Counted from the stretch's first letter, positions 36,687 through 47,398 are shown. The stretch is DNA of 64,000 nt from an uncultured Acinetobacter sp. (GCA_947306495.1 CAMZGT010000003.1:29850-93849), one strand, 5' to 3'. Numbers and translations: made by a program. Notes: generated by a model not told the origin, from the sequence alone.

Positions 36687-38090
36687 CTAATTAAGTCTTG
36701 ATATATCAAGAATCATTGGTTCTTCATCTTTTGTAAGTTTGTACATTAAATTTCTAAAATGTTCTATATAATATGGTTTTAATCCTACTTCTTCAAAAAG
36801 TCCCTCTTTATGAAGGTCTATCAGCCTATCTATATATTTTTGACAATTTATAAAAATTTCAGGGTGTAATCTTAATTGAGTGTTTATATCTCTATGCGCT
36901 CTTTCAGAGTTTGTAACCGACATTAAAAGTCCATAGTTGTCTAAAGTATCTTTTCCGCCTTTTTTAGCAGGAACAATATGCTCTACCGTTCCTACCGAAT
37001 TTTGTAATAATTCATAACCTATTTTTTCAGAGTCGTTATTTGCATATTTCATTATAAATGCTGCAACTTCTTGTTGTGAAGTCGGAAGTTTATGTGCTAT
37101 TTTTAATAAATCATTTGCCAGTTTCTTATCTTTTATATTCTCAGTAATTTCCTTTAGTTTTCTAATAAAGACTTTCCTACTGAAAGGTATTGTTATCGGG
37201 ATTTCATAAATTTGTGTTTTTGCTTGAAAAAAAAGTTTTTTTAGTAGTTGGTTATTATATAATGATGACCCCATGAATATATTATTCATTTGTTGCAATA
37301 TTTTATTGTATTCCAGAATTTTATTTGTTTTTTGTTTATTGTTTTTATAGTTTGTTTTTTTATTTCTGTTAATTTGCAACAAAGTTTTCTTTTCGTTAGG
37401 AAACTGTTTAGATAGATAAATCAGCTTTTCAATAACCTTTATTTCTTCATCAATTCCGCGTTGCCTTATTTCTTTCGCAATTCTTGAGAGTTTATACTTA
37501 AAATCTTTAGGATCAAAATCTTCCGTGATGGGTTTATTTTCCAATATATTTTTTGTTTTTTCCATTAATGTCCGAAAATTATATAGTGGTTTTTCAGGAA
37601 GCTCCATAGCTCTGTATGATAATTTTTCGAAAATAGGTCGTTGCATATTCGCCAATTTTTTGCGTGCCATTGGTACCATTCGATGTAATACAACATCCAA
37701 TTTTACATAGGGTTCTCTAGCACTTATTTTCTCTATTTTTTCAAATATTTTTTTAGGTATTGGTAATAGACTTTCTTCATAAGGTTTTAAAACTTTTACT
37801 ATATTGCTAATAGATTGAGAAAAAAGTTTTCTTTTAAGTAAATTTTCCAAAAGTTCCGGGTCTAGCATAATCTGACCTGTATACATATCAGGAATTTTAT
37901 ATTTTAAAAGTTTTCTAAGCGGCTCTCCGTTTTTTGCCGTTCTTTTAAAATTAATAAATAAATCACAACGATTCGTTGGCAGAAGATTTACACCTTTCAA
38001 ATCCTTTGCTTTATTACTGTTACTATCGTTTGATTTATTTGATTGGATGTTTTTTCTTATATAGATATTAGTGATTGGTAAAATTTTCAT
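36687..38090 (-). CDS. hypothetical protein with a degenerate C-terminal HNH nuclease motif
   Basis: GTVEHIVPAKKGGKDTLDNYGLLMSVTNSERAH (encoded about 36890-36992) fits the (D/E)H-x-x-P...GG...DN...N..(K/R) HNH pattern but lacks the Cys zinc ligands. The rest of the protein is lysine-rich and helical. Confidence 0.6.
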   Translation of the reverse strand: MKILPITNIYIRKNIQSNKSNDSNSNKAKDLKGVNLLPTNRCDLFINFKRTAKNGEPLRKLLKYKIPDMYTGQIMLDPELLENLLKRKLFSQSISNIVKVLKPYEESLLPIPKKIFEKIEKISAREPYVKLDVVLHRMVPMARKKLANMQRPIFEKLSYRAMELPEKPLYNFRTLMEKTKNILENKPITEDFDPKDFKYKLSRIAKEIRQRGIDEEIKVIEKLIYLSKQFPNEKKTLLQINRNKKTNYKNNKQKTNKILEYNKILQQMNNIFMGSSLYNNQLLKKLFFQAKTQIYEIPITIPFSRKVFIRKLKEITENIKDKKLANDLLKIAHKLPTSQQEVAAFIMKYANNDSEKIGYELLQNSVGTVEHIVPAKKGGKDTLDNYGLLMSVTNSERAHRDINTQLRLHPEIFINCQKYIDRLIDLHKEGLFEEVGLKPYYIEHFRNLMYKLTKDEEPMILDISRLN

Positions 38091-38156
38091 ATAATATTAA
38101 ATAACCTGTAAATATAATTTTTGATAGTTGTGAAATAAAATTTTACATTTGATATA

Positions 38157-38178
38157 AAGCCGGCATTTGCCGGCTTTA
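38157..38178. terminator. bidirectional hairpin terminator downstream of secF
   Basis: AAAGCCGGCA-TT-TGCCGGCTTT palindrome flanked by A/T runs. Confidence 0.75.
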
Positions 38179-38184
38179 TAAATT

Positions 38185-39141
38185 CTATGATACAGCCGGA
38201 GCTGTAGAATTTTTTTTGTCTTCCCAAATATCAACGAGTGTTGAACAGAAGAATATACTTGAATAAGTACCGATGAAGATACCTAATATCATTGCTAATA
38301 CAAAATCTCTGGTTGTTACTCCACCTAAGAAATACAAAGCAGCAAGTGTTATTAACGTTGTCACCGAGGTATTTATACTTCTTGCAAGTGTTTGATTAAT
38401 ACTTGAATTCATAATTTCCCCAAAAGACATTTTCTTGCCGTAATATTTTAGGTTTTCTCTAACACGGTCAAAAACAACAATTGTATCATGAACGGAGAAC
38501 CCTATTACAGTAAGTATTGCTGTAACGAATAGTGCATCAACTTGCACATTATACACCAGCCCTAGTATTGAAAATACACCTATTACAAATAAAGTATCAT
38601 GCACAAGCCCAAGGATTGCGGCGAGCGCATAATCAAATTGGAATCTGAATGTTAAATAAGCGATAATTCCAAGTAAAGCTAGAGACAAAGCTATTAAAGA
38701 ATTTTTAAATAATTCTGAACCTAAAGTCGGTCCTACTGATGTTACTTGTACAAGTTCAGAATCGCTAAAATCTTTTGCAACTATAGAAGAAATCTGATCT
38801 TGTTCATTAGACTTTTCATCAATAAATTTTGTTCTGATTGAAAGAATCGATTTTAATTCGGTATCCTGCGAATTAACATGGATGATTTGCAAATACGGAT
38901 TTTCAATTCCGCCTTTTTCTAAATTTGTTCTTACAGTTGCAAGTTTATTATTAGTAATATCTTCCTTCACACCATATTGTAGAGTTGTACCACCTGTATA
39001 ATCGATACCGACTTTAATTGGTGTATGAGTAGGATAAGTTATTGTTGAATATATCATAGCCAGTATTCCAGGAGTCAGAAGAACTGCTGACAAAGCAAGG
39101 AATATAAATCTGTTTTTTACTATATCTAATTTAAATTTCAT
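38185..39141 (-). CDS. secF: protein translocase subunit SecF
   Basis: GIDYTGGTTLQY motif, a 6-TM pattern, and a position adjacent to secD. Confidence 0.95.
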   Translation of the reverse strand: MKFKLDIVKNRFIFLALSAVLLTPGILAMIYSTITYPTHTPIKVGIDYTGGTTLQYGVKEDITNNKLATVRTNLEKGGIENPYLQIIHVNSQDTELKSILSIRTKFIDEKSNEQDQISSIVAKDFSDSELVQVTSVGPTLGSELFKNSLIALSLALLGIIAYLTFRFQFDYALAAILGLVHDTLFVIGVFSILGLVYNVQVDALFVTAILTVIGFSVHDTIVVFDRVRENLKYYGKKMSFGEIMNSSINQTLARSINTSVTTLITLAALYFLGGVTTRDFVLAMILGIFIGTYSSIFFCSTLVDIWEDKKNSTAPAVS

Positions 39142-39191
39142 TATTTTCTTCTCCTATTCAGCTTTTATTTTAGCTTTTTTCTTATTTGTCC

Positions 39192-40496
39192 CTAATCCAA
39201 TATACCAAATTTAGCTTTTTCACGCTTTGTTTCTACTGCCTGAAATTCAGCATTAATTTCAGATTCTTTCAAGCCGAACATTGCAGGGTTTTTAAGTTTT
39301 CCCGTGCCAAAGCATAGATGCATGAAGTTCTTTGTAATGGTAATTGCAGAGAACATAGAAACAATTACACCTATTGCAAGAGTTAGTGCAAAACCTTTAA
39401 CAATACTTGTACCTAAACAATATAGAATTGTACAAGTAATAATAGTTGTCATATTTGAATCAAAGATACTAGTGAAAGCTCTGTCAAAACCTGAATTAAT
39501 AGCTGTGAACAATGTTCTGCCTGCTCTCAATTCTTCTTTAGTTCTTTCAAATATCAAGATATTTGCATCTACAGCCATACCTATTGAAAGGATAAAACCA
39601 GCAATACCGGCAAGAGTAAGCGTTACCGGAATTGTTTTAAATAGTGCAAATAAAATAATTCCGTATATTACCAGTGCTACATCAGCAATAAGTCCAGGAG
39701 CTCTATAGTAAAGAGCCATAAATATCATTACAAATCCTAACCCAATCGCGCCTGCTACTTTCGATTTTGCAATACTATCAGCACCAAGAGTCGGTCCTAC
39801 GGTATTTTCTTCAATAATTTTAGCAGGAACAGGAAGAGCACCTGCATTCAGAAGATCAACCATTTTTTTAGCTTCATCGTAAGCAAACCCGGTGTCACCT
39901 CCTGAAATTTGTGCACGTCCGCCTGTAATAGGTTCTCTGATAACAGGAGCAGATTGAAGTTCGCCATTAAAAAAAATCGCCATTTGTTGACCAACCATTT
40001 TTTTAGTTAAGTCTCCGAAAAGCTTTGTGCCTTCGCCGTCAAACTCCAAATCAACAACCCACTGTCCGTTTTGGGAGTTAGTACTTAAATTTGCTCTGTT
40101 AAGTTGTTTCCCCGTAAGTCCTGTTGCCGCCCATTCAGTTTCACCATCTTTAGTTATAATAGGTTTTCTAAAATCTAATTCAGCTGTTTCACCTATATAA
40201 GCTTTTGCTTGATTCAAATCTGAAACATCAGGAATTTCTACAACAAGCCTTTTATCCCCTGCCCTTTGTACAACGGTTTCAGAAACGCCAAGCTTATTGA
40301 CTCTGTTTTCTATTGCAAATTGTAAGCTTGACATCATATCTGGTGTTACAATACCATTTGTTGGTGCAGCTTCAAGAACAAGTCTGGAACCACCGACTAA
40401 ATCCAATCCAAGTTTTGTCGGTTTTGTGCATATTGCTACTATTGAAACTATCACAATTACTACAATAGCCCAAAATAGCGCTAATTTATTCTTCAT
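39192..40496 (-). CDS. secD: protein translocase subunit SecD
   Basis: LGLDLVGGSRLVLEA motif and a C-terminal SecDF TM bundle. Confidence 0.95.
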   Translation of the reverse strand: MKNKLALFWAIVVIVIVSIVAICTKPTKLGLDLVGGSRLVLEAAPTNGIVTPDMMSSLQFAIENRVNKLGVSETVVQRAGDKRLVVEIPDVSDLNQAKAYIGETAELDFRKPIITKDGETEWAATGLTGKQLNRANLSTNSQNGQWVVDLEFDGEGTKLFGDLTKKMVGQQMAIFFNGELQSAPVIREPITGGRAQISGGDTGFAYDEAKKMVDLLNAGALPVPAKIIEENTVGPTLGADSIAKSKVAGAIGLGFVMIFMALYYRAPGLIADVALVIYGIILFALFKTIPVTLTLAGIAGFILSIGMAVDANILIFERTKEELRAGRTLFTAINSGFDRAFTSIFDSNMTTIITCTILYCLGTSIVKGFALTLAIGVIVSMFSAITITKNFMHLCFGTGKLKNPAMFGLKESEINAEFQAVETKREKAKFGILD

Positions 40497-40579
40497 TTAT
40501 TTACTCCTTTTATATCCTCTAATTTTATTATAATTCAAATATAATTATTAATCTTAACCGATTCGGTAATATTTACAAC

Positions 40580-41458
40580 TTAAATCGAATCAAGAGTAAA
40601 TATTAAATCTGTTTTTTCTGTTTTGCCAAGTTCAACAAGAGGACGTCTTACAAACTCGTTAATGATACCTTTATAGGCCAAAGCAGCCTTAACCGGAACC
40701 GGATTAGGAGCCATAAATAACTTTTTAAAAATTGGATATAGTTTTTGATGCATGTTTTTTGCAGTCGAAACATCTCCGGTTTTAAAGTTTCGTATCATAG
40801 ATTTAATTTCAGTTCCGAATAAATGGGATGCAACTGATATAACTCCATGAGCACCTAAAGACAACATCGGAAGTGTTAAACTGTCATCTCCGGAATAAAT
40901 TGCAAAATCTGCAGGGCATGACATACGAAGTTCTGTAATTGTATCCATGTCACCAAAGCTTTGCTTTAATGCAACAATGTTTTGATATTTTTTAGCTAAA
41001 GTTTTAACGGTATCTACTGACATATTTACACCTGTTCTGGACGGAATATTGTAAAGTATAACAGGTAATTCGGTTGCTTCGGCAACTGCGGAAAAATGTT
41101 CAATCATACCTGCTTGCGAAGGTTTGTTATAATAAGGTACAACTGATAAAATAGCATCTGCACCTTCTCTTTCAGCTTTTTTAGCCATCATTACGGCAGT
41201 TTCTGTTGAGTTTGAGCCTGTACCCATTATTACTTTTCCCTTGCCGCCGACGGCTCTTTTTGCACTAAGAAATATCTCTATTTCTTCTTCGTGCGTTAAA
41301 GTTGGAGATTCTCCCGTTGTACCGGTAACCAATACTGCATCAGAACCTGAATTAACTAAATGACTGGCTAACTCTTCAACTTTATCATAATCAACTTCCC
41401 GTTTTTCATTAAACGGTGTTACCATTGCTGTTATAACTTCTCCTGCATCGTATCTCAT
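40580..41458 (-). CDS. dapA: 4-hydroxy-tetrahydrodipicolinate synthase
   Basis: AMVTPF...VLVTGTTGESPTLTHEE and YNIPSRTG motifs. Confidence 0.95.
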   Translation of the reverse strand: MRYDAGEVITAMVTPFNEKREVDYDKVEELASHLVNSGSDAVLVTGTTGESPTLTHEEEIEIFLSAKRAVGGKGKVIMGTGSNSTETAVMMAKKAEREGADAILSVVPYYNKPSQAGMIEHFSAVAEATELPVILYNIPSRTGVNMSVDTVKTLAKKYQNIVALKQSFGDMDTITELRMSCPADFAIYSGDDSLTLPMLSLGAHGVISVASHLFGTEIKSMIRNFKTGDVSTAKNMHQKLYPIFKKLFMAPNPVPVKAALAYKGIINEFVRRPLVELGKTEKTDLIFTLDSI

Positions 41459-41490
41459 ATATCCCTACTCCTTGTCTTATATTTATTATA

Positions 41491-42342
41491 CTACAGAATT
41501 TCTTTAAACTCATGAACTTCTAATGTTCCGCCATCATATTGAAACAGGCCGGCTTGAGAAGTTTGATATCGATGTGAGGCATTGAATCGGTATCTGTATG
41601 CGGTATCTGCCGCCATTGTTATTTTCCCGAAATGCTTCAACTCTACAAGTTTATTAATTTGATTATCATTTCCTTCTATTTGAATGCAAATTGCATAATC
41701 AAGAGGTGCATTTGATTTTAGTATTTTAAAAAGTGTATCCAAAATTGTATCTATATCATTAAAATCTTTAAATTTATATATAAAACTGTCGCTGAATATC
41801 ATTGGTTTTATGTTTGTTTTGGAAAATATAAAATCATTCATTAGTTTGTTTTGTTCATCAATGTTAATATGCAATTCCTGGTGAGCAAATTTTTTCTTAA
41901 TTTGCGTTGTTATTACAACGGTATATTTATTTAAACTTTTTTCTTCTTTTTCCATATCATTTTGGAGCTTTTTATTTAAAAATTTTTCTTCAGTTTTTTT
42001 ACATAAAAACCTTGTACTCAAGTATAATCCTTCGAGAAGATTTACTGAAAAATCAAGAAGTTTAAAACACAGCGAAGCTAATATAAGAATAATTAGTGCA
42101 CTTAAGTACTTGAATTCAAAAACAGCACCAAATAAATTAAAGGATACAGAATAAATACTGTTTGCGATTGCAAGTAAAGAATCTAAAAACGGCTTAATGA
42201 ATCCAAGCCAACTCCAATTAAAGCTTGCAAGATTATTTATCCAATACAATAGCAGCATTAATATACAAAAAACACAAACTAATCTTAAAAAATATAACAG
42301 ACTTTTAGTGAATCCGAAAATTTTTAAAATAAATTCATGCAT
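41491..42342 (-). CDS. hypothetical membrane protein (N-terminal TM bundle plus C-terminal soluble domain)
   Basis: 283-aa ORF between panC and dapA with about 4 hydrophobic helices. No catalytic motif recognised. Confidence 0.55.
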   Translation of the reverse strand: MHEFILKIFGFTKSLLYFLRLVCVFCILMLLLYWINNLASFNWSWLGFIKPFLDSLLAIANSIYSVSFNLFGAVFEFKYLSALIILILASLCFKLLDFSVNLLEGLYLSTRFLCKKTEEKFLNKKLQNDMEKEEKSLNKYTVVITTQIKKKFAHQELHINIDEQNKLMNDFIFSKTNIKPMIFSDSFIYKFKDFNDIDTILDTLFKILKSNAPLDYAICIQIEGNDNQINKLVELKHFGKITMAADTAYRYRFNASHRYQTSQAGLFQYDGGTLEVHEFKEIL

Positions 42343-42345
42343 AGA

Positions 42346-43206
42346 TTAAACCTCGCTTAAATAAATATTATCAATTAATCGGACATTTTCCACTCTGCAG
42401 GCAATAAGTGCTATGGAATTATCATCAGCCGTAATTTTATCTTCCAAACTTTCTCTGTCAACTATTTCCAGGTATTCCAAGTCATGTTTGTCGTTTAAAA
42501 AGTCATACGCAGTTTCTTTTAACGCTGATACGTCTTTTATTCCTTTTTTGTAACAGGATTTTATATTGTTAAGAATTCTGCTAAGCACAAGGGCATCTTT
42601 CTTTCCGCTTTCAGAAAGATATTTATTCCTGGAACTTAAAGCAAGTCCTGATTCTTCTCTGACGATTGGACATTGAATTATTTTAATAGGAACATTTAAA
42701 TCTTTTACCATTTTTTTTATTATAATAACTTGCTGAGCATCTTTTTGACCGAAAAATGCGTAATTAGGTTGAACAATGTTAAATAGTTTTAATACAACAG
42801 TGCATACGCCGTCAAAATGTCCTGTTCTTGTTTTACCGCAAAGTTTGTTAACGTAGAAAAACGGTGGGCAGACATATGTCAAAGTATCATTTGATAAACG
42901 ATTACCTTCGCCGTACATTTCATTTGCGGAAGGTGCAAATACTATGTCAACGCCTTCGTTTGAACAAAGTTTGACATCTGCTTCCAAGGTTCTTGGATAT
43001 TTATCAAAATCTTCAGATGGTCCGAATTGAATCGGATTTACAAAATCAGAAACAATAACTTTATCACAAGTTGCTTTGGCTTTCTTTATAAGACTTAAAT
43101 GCCCCTCATGTAAAGCACCCATCGTTGGTACCAATCCGATAGACAGGCCTTCTTTTTTCCAACTGTAAACTTCTTCTCTTACTTCTTCAATTGAATGTAC
43201 TAACAT
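42346..43206 (-). CDS. panC: pantoate--beta-alanine ligase
   Basis: GLVPTMGALHEGHLSLI signature. Confidence 0.95.
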   Translation of the reverse strand: MLVHSIEEVREEVYSWKKEGLSIGLVPTMGALHEGHLSLIKKAKATCDKVIVSDFVNPIQFGPSEDFDKYPRTLEADVKLCSNEGVDIVFAPSANEMYGEGNRLSNDTLTYVCPPFFYVNKLCGKTRTGHFDGVCTVVLKLFNIVQPNYAFFGQKDAQQVIIIKKMVKDLNVPIKIIQCPIVREESGLALSSRNKYLSESGKKDALVLSRILNNIKSCYKKGIKDVSALKETAYDFLNDKHDLEYLEIVDRESLEDKITADDNSIALIACRVENVRLIDNIYLSEV

Positions 43207-43222
43207 AATTCCTTCTTTTATT

Positions 43223-44071
43223 TTAACTGTTTACGATTTTGCTTGACGCCTCAAGCTTTAATTTTTCTTCACTACTTAGCGTAAAAGATTCTTTTTCTGA
43301 CGGGAAAAATAGTTCTTTTACGTCTTTCTTATATTCTTCAACTCCTTTAATCATATCTTCATGAATATTTGCGTACTTTTTAACAAATTTAGGAACAAAA
43401 TCCGTAAATTTACCCATTATATCATCTGTTACAACGATTTGTCCTGAACAACCAACACCTGCACCTATTCCTATAGTCGGAATCAGAAGATTTTTTGTTA
43501 TATATTCAGCACTTTCTGCCGGCATAAGTTCAAGAACTATACCAAAACAACCGGCTTCCTGAAGTTTTAATGCAGATTTTAGAATTATATCTGTGTTACC
43601 AGCTGTTTTACCTTGTATTTTATGTCCGCCAATTGTATTCATTAGCTGAGGAGTAAATCCTAAATGTCCCAATACAGGTATTCCTGACTCTACACATCTT
43701 TTTACAAGTTGCAGTATGTGTTCATTGCACCCTTCAAGTTTTACGGCATTTGCACCGGCTTTAATCATTTTTGAGGCATTTTCTAAACCTTGATCTAAGC
43801 TTAAATTGTAGCTCATAAAAGGCATGTCCCCTATTATGAATGAATTTTTTGCGCCTCTGGCAACAGCTTTGATAAAAATCAGAATTTCATCAATTGTAAT
43901 ATTGTATGTATTTTCATATCCTAAAGCAACCATCGCCAAAGAATCTCCGACCAAAATCCCGTCGATTTCCGCTTTATCTAAAACTTGAGCAGTAGAATAA
44001 TCATATGCCGTCAGCATGGCAATTTTTTCGTTGTTATTTTTTAAAACTTGAAAGGAAGAAACGGTTTTCAT
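43223..44071 (-). CDS. panB: 3-methyl-2-oxobutanoate hydroxymethyltransferase
   Basis: MLTAYDY...GILVGDSLAMV signature. Confidence 0.95.
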   Translation of the reverse strand: MKTVSSFQVLKNNNEKIAMLTAYDYSTAQVLDKAEIDGILVGDSLAMVALGYENTYNITIDEILIFIKAVARGAKNSFIIGDMPFMSYNLSLDQGLENASKMIKAGANAVKLEGCNEHILQLVKRCVESGIPVLGHLGFTPQLMNTIGGHKIQGKTAGNTDIILKSALKLQEAGCFGIVLELMPAESAEYITKNLLIPTIGIGAGVGCSGQIVVTDDIMGKFTDFVPKFVKKYANIHEDMIKGVEEYKKDVKELFFPSEKESFTLSSEEKLKLEASSKIVNS

Positions 44072-45381
44072 CTGTTTTTTATACTCTTTTTATACCAATA
44101 ATATACTGCTCTTGCGACTCTGTTTGAACTATGACGAACCAGTCCGTCTTTATTTTCCTGAATTAATTTTTGTGAAACTACTTCTATGCCAATAGGGGAA
44201 ATATTTTCCATGTCTAATCTCACAGGAATTGAACCGGCTTTGGCATATCCTTCGGAGATATTATCAGGTAAGCTGTCGTTTACTAAAACGGCATCAATAA
44301 CACGTTTATTGCCTGCATGTTTAATGAGTGCATTAACATGGCTTGCAACAGAGTAATCAGTAGTTTCTCCTGGCTGTGTCATAATATTACATACATAAAT
44401 TTTCTTAGCTTTTGATTGTACAATGGCATCAGAAATACCATTTACTAACAGGTTTGGAATCACGCTTGTGTACAAGCTTCCGGGACCAAGAATTATTAAA
44501 TCGGCGTCAGCAATAGCATTTAAGGCTTCAGGAAGAGCCTTACAATTTGCAGGCTCAGTAAATAATGTTTTGATTTTACCGTGTGCTTCAGGAATGTTTG
44601 ACTCCCCGTGAATAATACGACCGTCTTCAAATTCTGCTGCAAGTTTCATGTCATCCAGTGTTGCGGGTAGAACAACGCCTCTAATGTTTAAAACTTTAGA
44701 AGATTCTTTAACGGCTCTAACCATATCACCGGTAATTGAGCAAAGCGCGGTTAAAAACAGATTGCCAAAACTATGTCCTTCCAAACCTTCTCCATTTTTG
44801 AACCTATATTGGAAAAGTTCGGTTATCAAATCTTCATCGTCACCTAAAGCAGCGATACAATTTCTGATATCTCCGGGAGGTAGTATTCCCAATTCTTCTC
44901 TTAATCTGCCGGAACTTCCTCCGTCATCGCCAACCGTAACTATTGCTGTTATGTTATTTGTATATTTTTTTATGCCTCTGAGAAGCATTGATAAGCCGGT
45001 GCCGCCGCCTACTGCAACAATTTTTGCTCCTTTATTTAGCTTTCTTCTTCTGTATAATTTTTCCAATAAGGAATAGTTGCCTTTACTGGAATTCATATCC
45101 ATTATAGATAGTGTGGTTTTTTGCCAACCTTTAAAGAATATTACTGCCCCGACAAAAATGAATACTGCAGCCAAAAAATTTGATGGCAGTACAAGCGCAG
45201 CCTTTCTGATTAACTCTAAAATTACATATATAGGTCGAACATTGGCTAAAACCATGAAACCAAGTACAATCATTATGGAGCCTAAAAAGATTAAAGCAAA
45301 CCAACGTTTAACTTCTAATCCGGGTAAAAGCCAACCAACTTCTTTTTTTACCTTTACATTTTTTATCTCATCAAAAGTCAT
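44068..45381 (-). CDS. YvcK/CofD-family gluconeogenesis factor with an N-terminal membrane extension
   Basis: VAVGGGTGLSMLLRGIKKYT.NITAIVTVGDDGGSSGRLR signature and two N-terminal hydrophobic helices. Confidence 0.85.
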   Translation of the reverse strand: MTFDEIKNVKVKKEVGWLLPGLEVKRWFALIFLGSIMIVLGFMVLANVRPIYVILELIRKAALVLPSNFLAAVFIFVGAVIFFKGWQKTTLSIMDMNSSKGNYSLLEKLYRRRKLNKGAKIVAVGGGTGLSMLLRGIKKYTNNITAIVTVGDDGGSSGRLREELGILPPGDIRNCIAALGDDEDLITELFQYRFKNGEGLEGHSFGNLFLTALCSITGDMVRAVKESSKVLNIRGVVLPATLDDMKLAAEFEDGRIIHGESNIPEAHGKIKTLFTEPANCKALPEALNAIADADLIILGPGSLYTSVIPNLLVNGISDAIVQSKAKKIYVCNIMTQPGETTDYSVASHVNALIKHAGNKRVIDAVLVNDSLPDNISEGYAKAGSIPVRLDMENISPIGIEVVSQKLIQENKDGLVRHSSNRVARAVYYWYKKSIKNR

Positions 45382-45384
45382 ATT

Positions 45385-46179
45385 CTAATCCACCCATCCG
45401 GAACTCTTTACATTAATATAATTTACTGGAGCAGGGGTTATTAATCTCCGTGCTTCTTTAATTAATTCAACAGAGTTTTTATATTTGTTTGTAAAATGTA
45501 TTGTATCAACATCAACATAATTCATTCCGCCTAAATTATTCCTTATTTGCGATGTATGTAATAAATGTTGAAGTCGTTTTATCATATCAAAATTATTTGT
45601 ATTATCAGCAATGGCATAATCAATACTCAAGTCAGAATTGTAGGTTTTTTCAAGAAAAATTTCCTGTGCAACTTTTATATTGGTGTAATCTCCGACTTTT
45701 GTTGTAATATCACCGGCCGGAGCATAATAAACCAGCCAATCAGAGCATTTTTTTATCGCTTTCGCTATTGCAGTTGAAAATACAAAATCTTCCCCTGCCA
45801 TCTTGTACATAGCTCCGTGTGGTCTTACATGTTCTATGCTTACTCCGTAGGCTTTAGCAAAAGATATTATTGCACCGACTTGATATATAACAAGAGCTTC
45901 TAATTCATCTTCTTTTAATTCAACAGGTCTGTATCCAAAACCTTGGATATCGTTGAAACCTATATGAGCACCTATTGCAATATTTTTTTCTTTTGCTTTT
46001 AGCAGGGCTTCTTTGATAGTTACAGGATCTCCGGCATGAAATCCGCATGATATATTAACAGAACTTACATAATCCAAAAGCTCAATTTCTTGTGAGTTTT
46101 TGTATATACCGTATGCTTGTGCTAAATCACAGTTGAAATCGATATTTTTTATAGATTTTCTTTCCAATATTTCCTGCAT
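45385..46179 (-). CDS. pxpA: 5-oxoprolinase subunit A (LamB/YcsF family)
   Basis: FNCDLAQAYG and SCGFHAGDP motifs. Confidence 0.85.
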   Translation of the reverse strand: MQEILERKSIKNIDFNCDLAQAYGIYKNSQEIELLDYVSSVNISCGFHAGDPVTIKEALLKAKEKNIAIGAHIGFNDIQGFGYRPVELKEDELEALVIYQVGAIISFAKAYGVSIEHVRPHGAMYKMAGEDFVFSTAIAKAIKKCSDWLVYYAPAGDITTKVGDYTNIKVAQEIFLEKTYNSDLSIDYAIADNTNNFDMIKRLQHLLHTSQIRNNLGGMNYVDVDTIHFTNKYKNSVELIKEARRLITPAPVNYINVKSSGWVD

Positions 46180-46252
46180 TATATTCTCCCTTTTTCTTAA
46201 TTATACAACAAATTCAAGAAAAAGAAGTAAATTTAAAATAGTTACGCAACAA

Positions 46253-47398
46253 TTATACAAGTTCTGTTATATTATCTCTTGTAATAACGGCATCATAATT
46301 TTTATAACCGAGAATGTTTTCAATATCATTGGAGTGAGAACCTACGATTCTGCGGCATTCGGCGGAACTGTAATTTGCCATACCTCTTGCAAATTCCACA
46401 TTATCCTCATCCATAATAGAAATAACTTCACCTTGTTTAAATTCGTTTACAACATTAACAATTCCTATTGGTAAAAGGCTTGAAAATTGTTCAAGTATTG
46501 CTTTTTTTGCACCTGCATTTACGACTAATCCGCCAAAAATATTTGTAGCATAACCTATCCATCGCTTTTTATCCGCAAGACTTTCTTTTGCCGGCAAGAA
46601 CATTGTACCTAAATCTTCTCCTGCAAAAATTCTATTTATTATATATGGAGTCTTGCCGTTTGCTATAAGAACTTTTCCGCCAAATCTGGTAACAAGTTTT
46701 GCTGCTTCAAGTTTTGTACGCATGCCTCCTCTGCCGCCTTCAGAAGCATCTGTACCAAGCTTTAAAATATCTTCGTTTACAGATTCAACTTCTTTTATTA
46801 GTTCAGCATCAGGATTTTCTTTTGGATTAGATGTATACAAACCGTCAATGTCGGTGAGTAAAATTAATAAGTCAGCATCCAATTCACTTGCCACAAGAGC
46901 GGAAAGTTTATCGTTGTCGGAAAAATTAACTTTCATGCCCGTATTAACAGAGCCTGATTGAATCGGTGTTACTGTGTCATTTTGGTTTATTACGGGGACA
47001 ACACCAAACTCAAGCAACTTGTTCATAGTTGTGCGCAAGCTTAAATATTTATGACGAAGTGAAAAATCATCTTCCGTAAGTAAAATTTGGGCAATAGGGA
47101 TGTCATAAACTCCAAAACCGTTTTCGTAGAATGACATTAATCTGCTTTGCCCGATAGCTGCACAAGCTTGTTTAACACCTTCTTCCGAAGTTGATTCCAA
47201 GTTTAATTTTTTCTTACCGAGTCCTACAGCACCGGATGTTACAAGAATTATTTCTTTTCCTGACTTTACCAACTTAGACATATCTTCAATGAAGGAATAT
47301 ATTCTGGAAAGTGCGACTTCTCCGTTTTCGTTTCTTATTATATTGGTGCCCAGTTTTATAACAATTCTTTTTGCATTAATAAAATCCGCTCTTTGCAT
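46253..47398 (-). CDS. proB: glutamate 5-kinase with a C-terminal PUA domain
   Basis: RIVIKLGTN and SDNDKLSALVA motifs. The likely start is MQRADF at 47398 (the track ORF extends to 47443). Confidence 0.9.
   Translation of the reverse strand: MQRADFINAKRIVIKLGTNIIRNENGEVALSRIYSFIEDMSKLVKSGKEIILVTSGAVGLGKKKLNLESTSEEGVKQACAAIGQSRLMSFYENGFGVYDIPIAQILLTEDDFSLRHKYLSLRTTMNKLLEFGVVPVINQNDTVTPIQSGSVNTGMKVNFSDNDKLSALVASELDADLLILLTDIDGLYTSNPKENPDAELIKEVESVNEDILKLGTDASEGGRGGMRTKLEAAKLVTRFGGKVLIANGKTPYIINRIFAGEDLGTMFLPAKESLADKKRWIGYATNIFGGLVVNAGAKKAILEQFSSLLPIGIVNVVNEFKQGEVISIMDEDNVEFARGMANYSSAECRRIVGSHSNDIENILGYKNYDAVITRDNITELV

Noticed and set aside
41491-42342. The C-terminal domain of the membrane protein vaguely resembles a class III nucleotidyl cyclase fold (VVITTQ..., GKITMAADTAYRY).
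   Set aside because: The metal-binding Asp residues and the GD motif are not evident. The similarity is too weak to call by eye.
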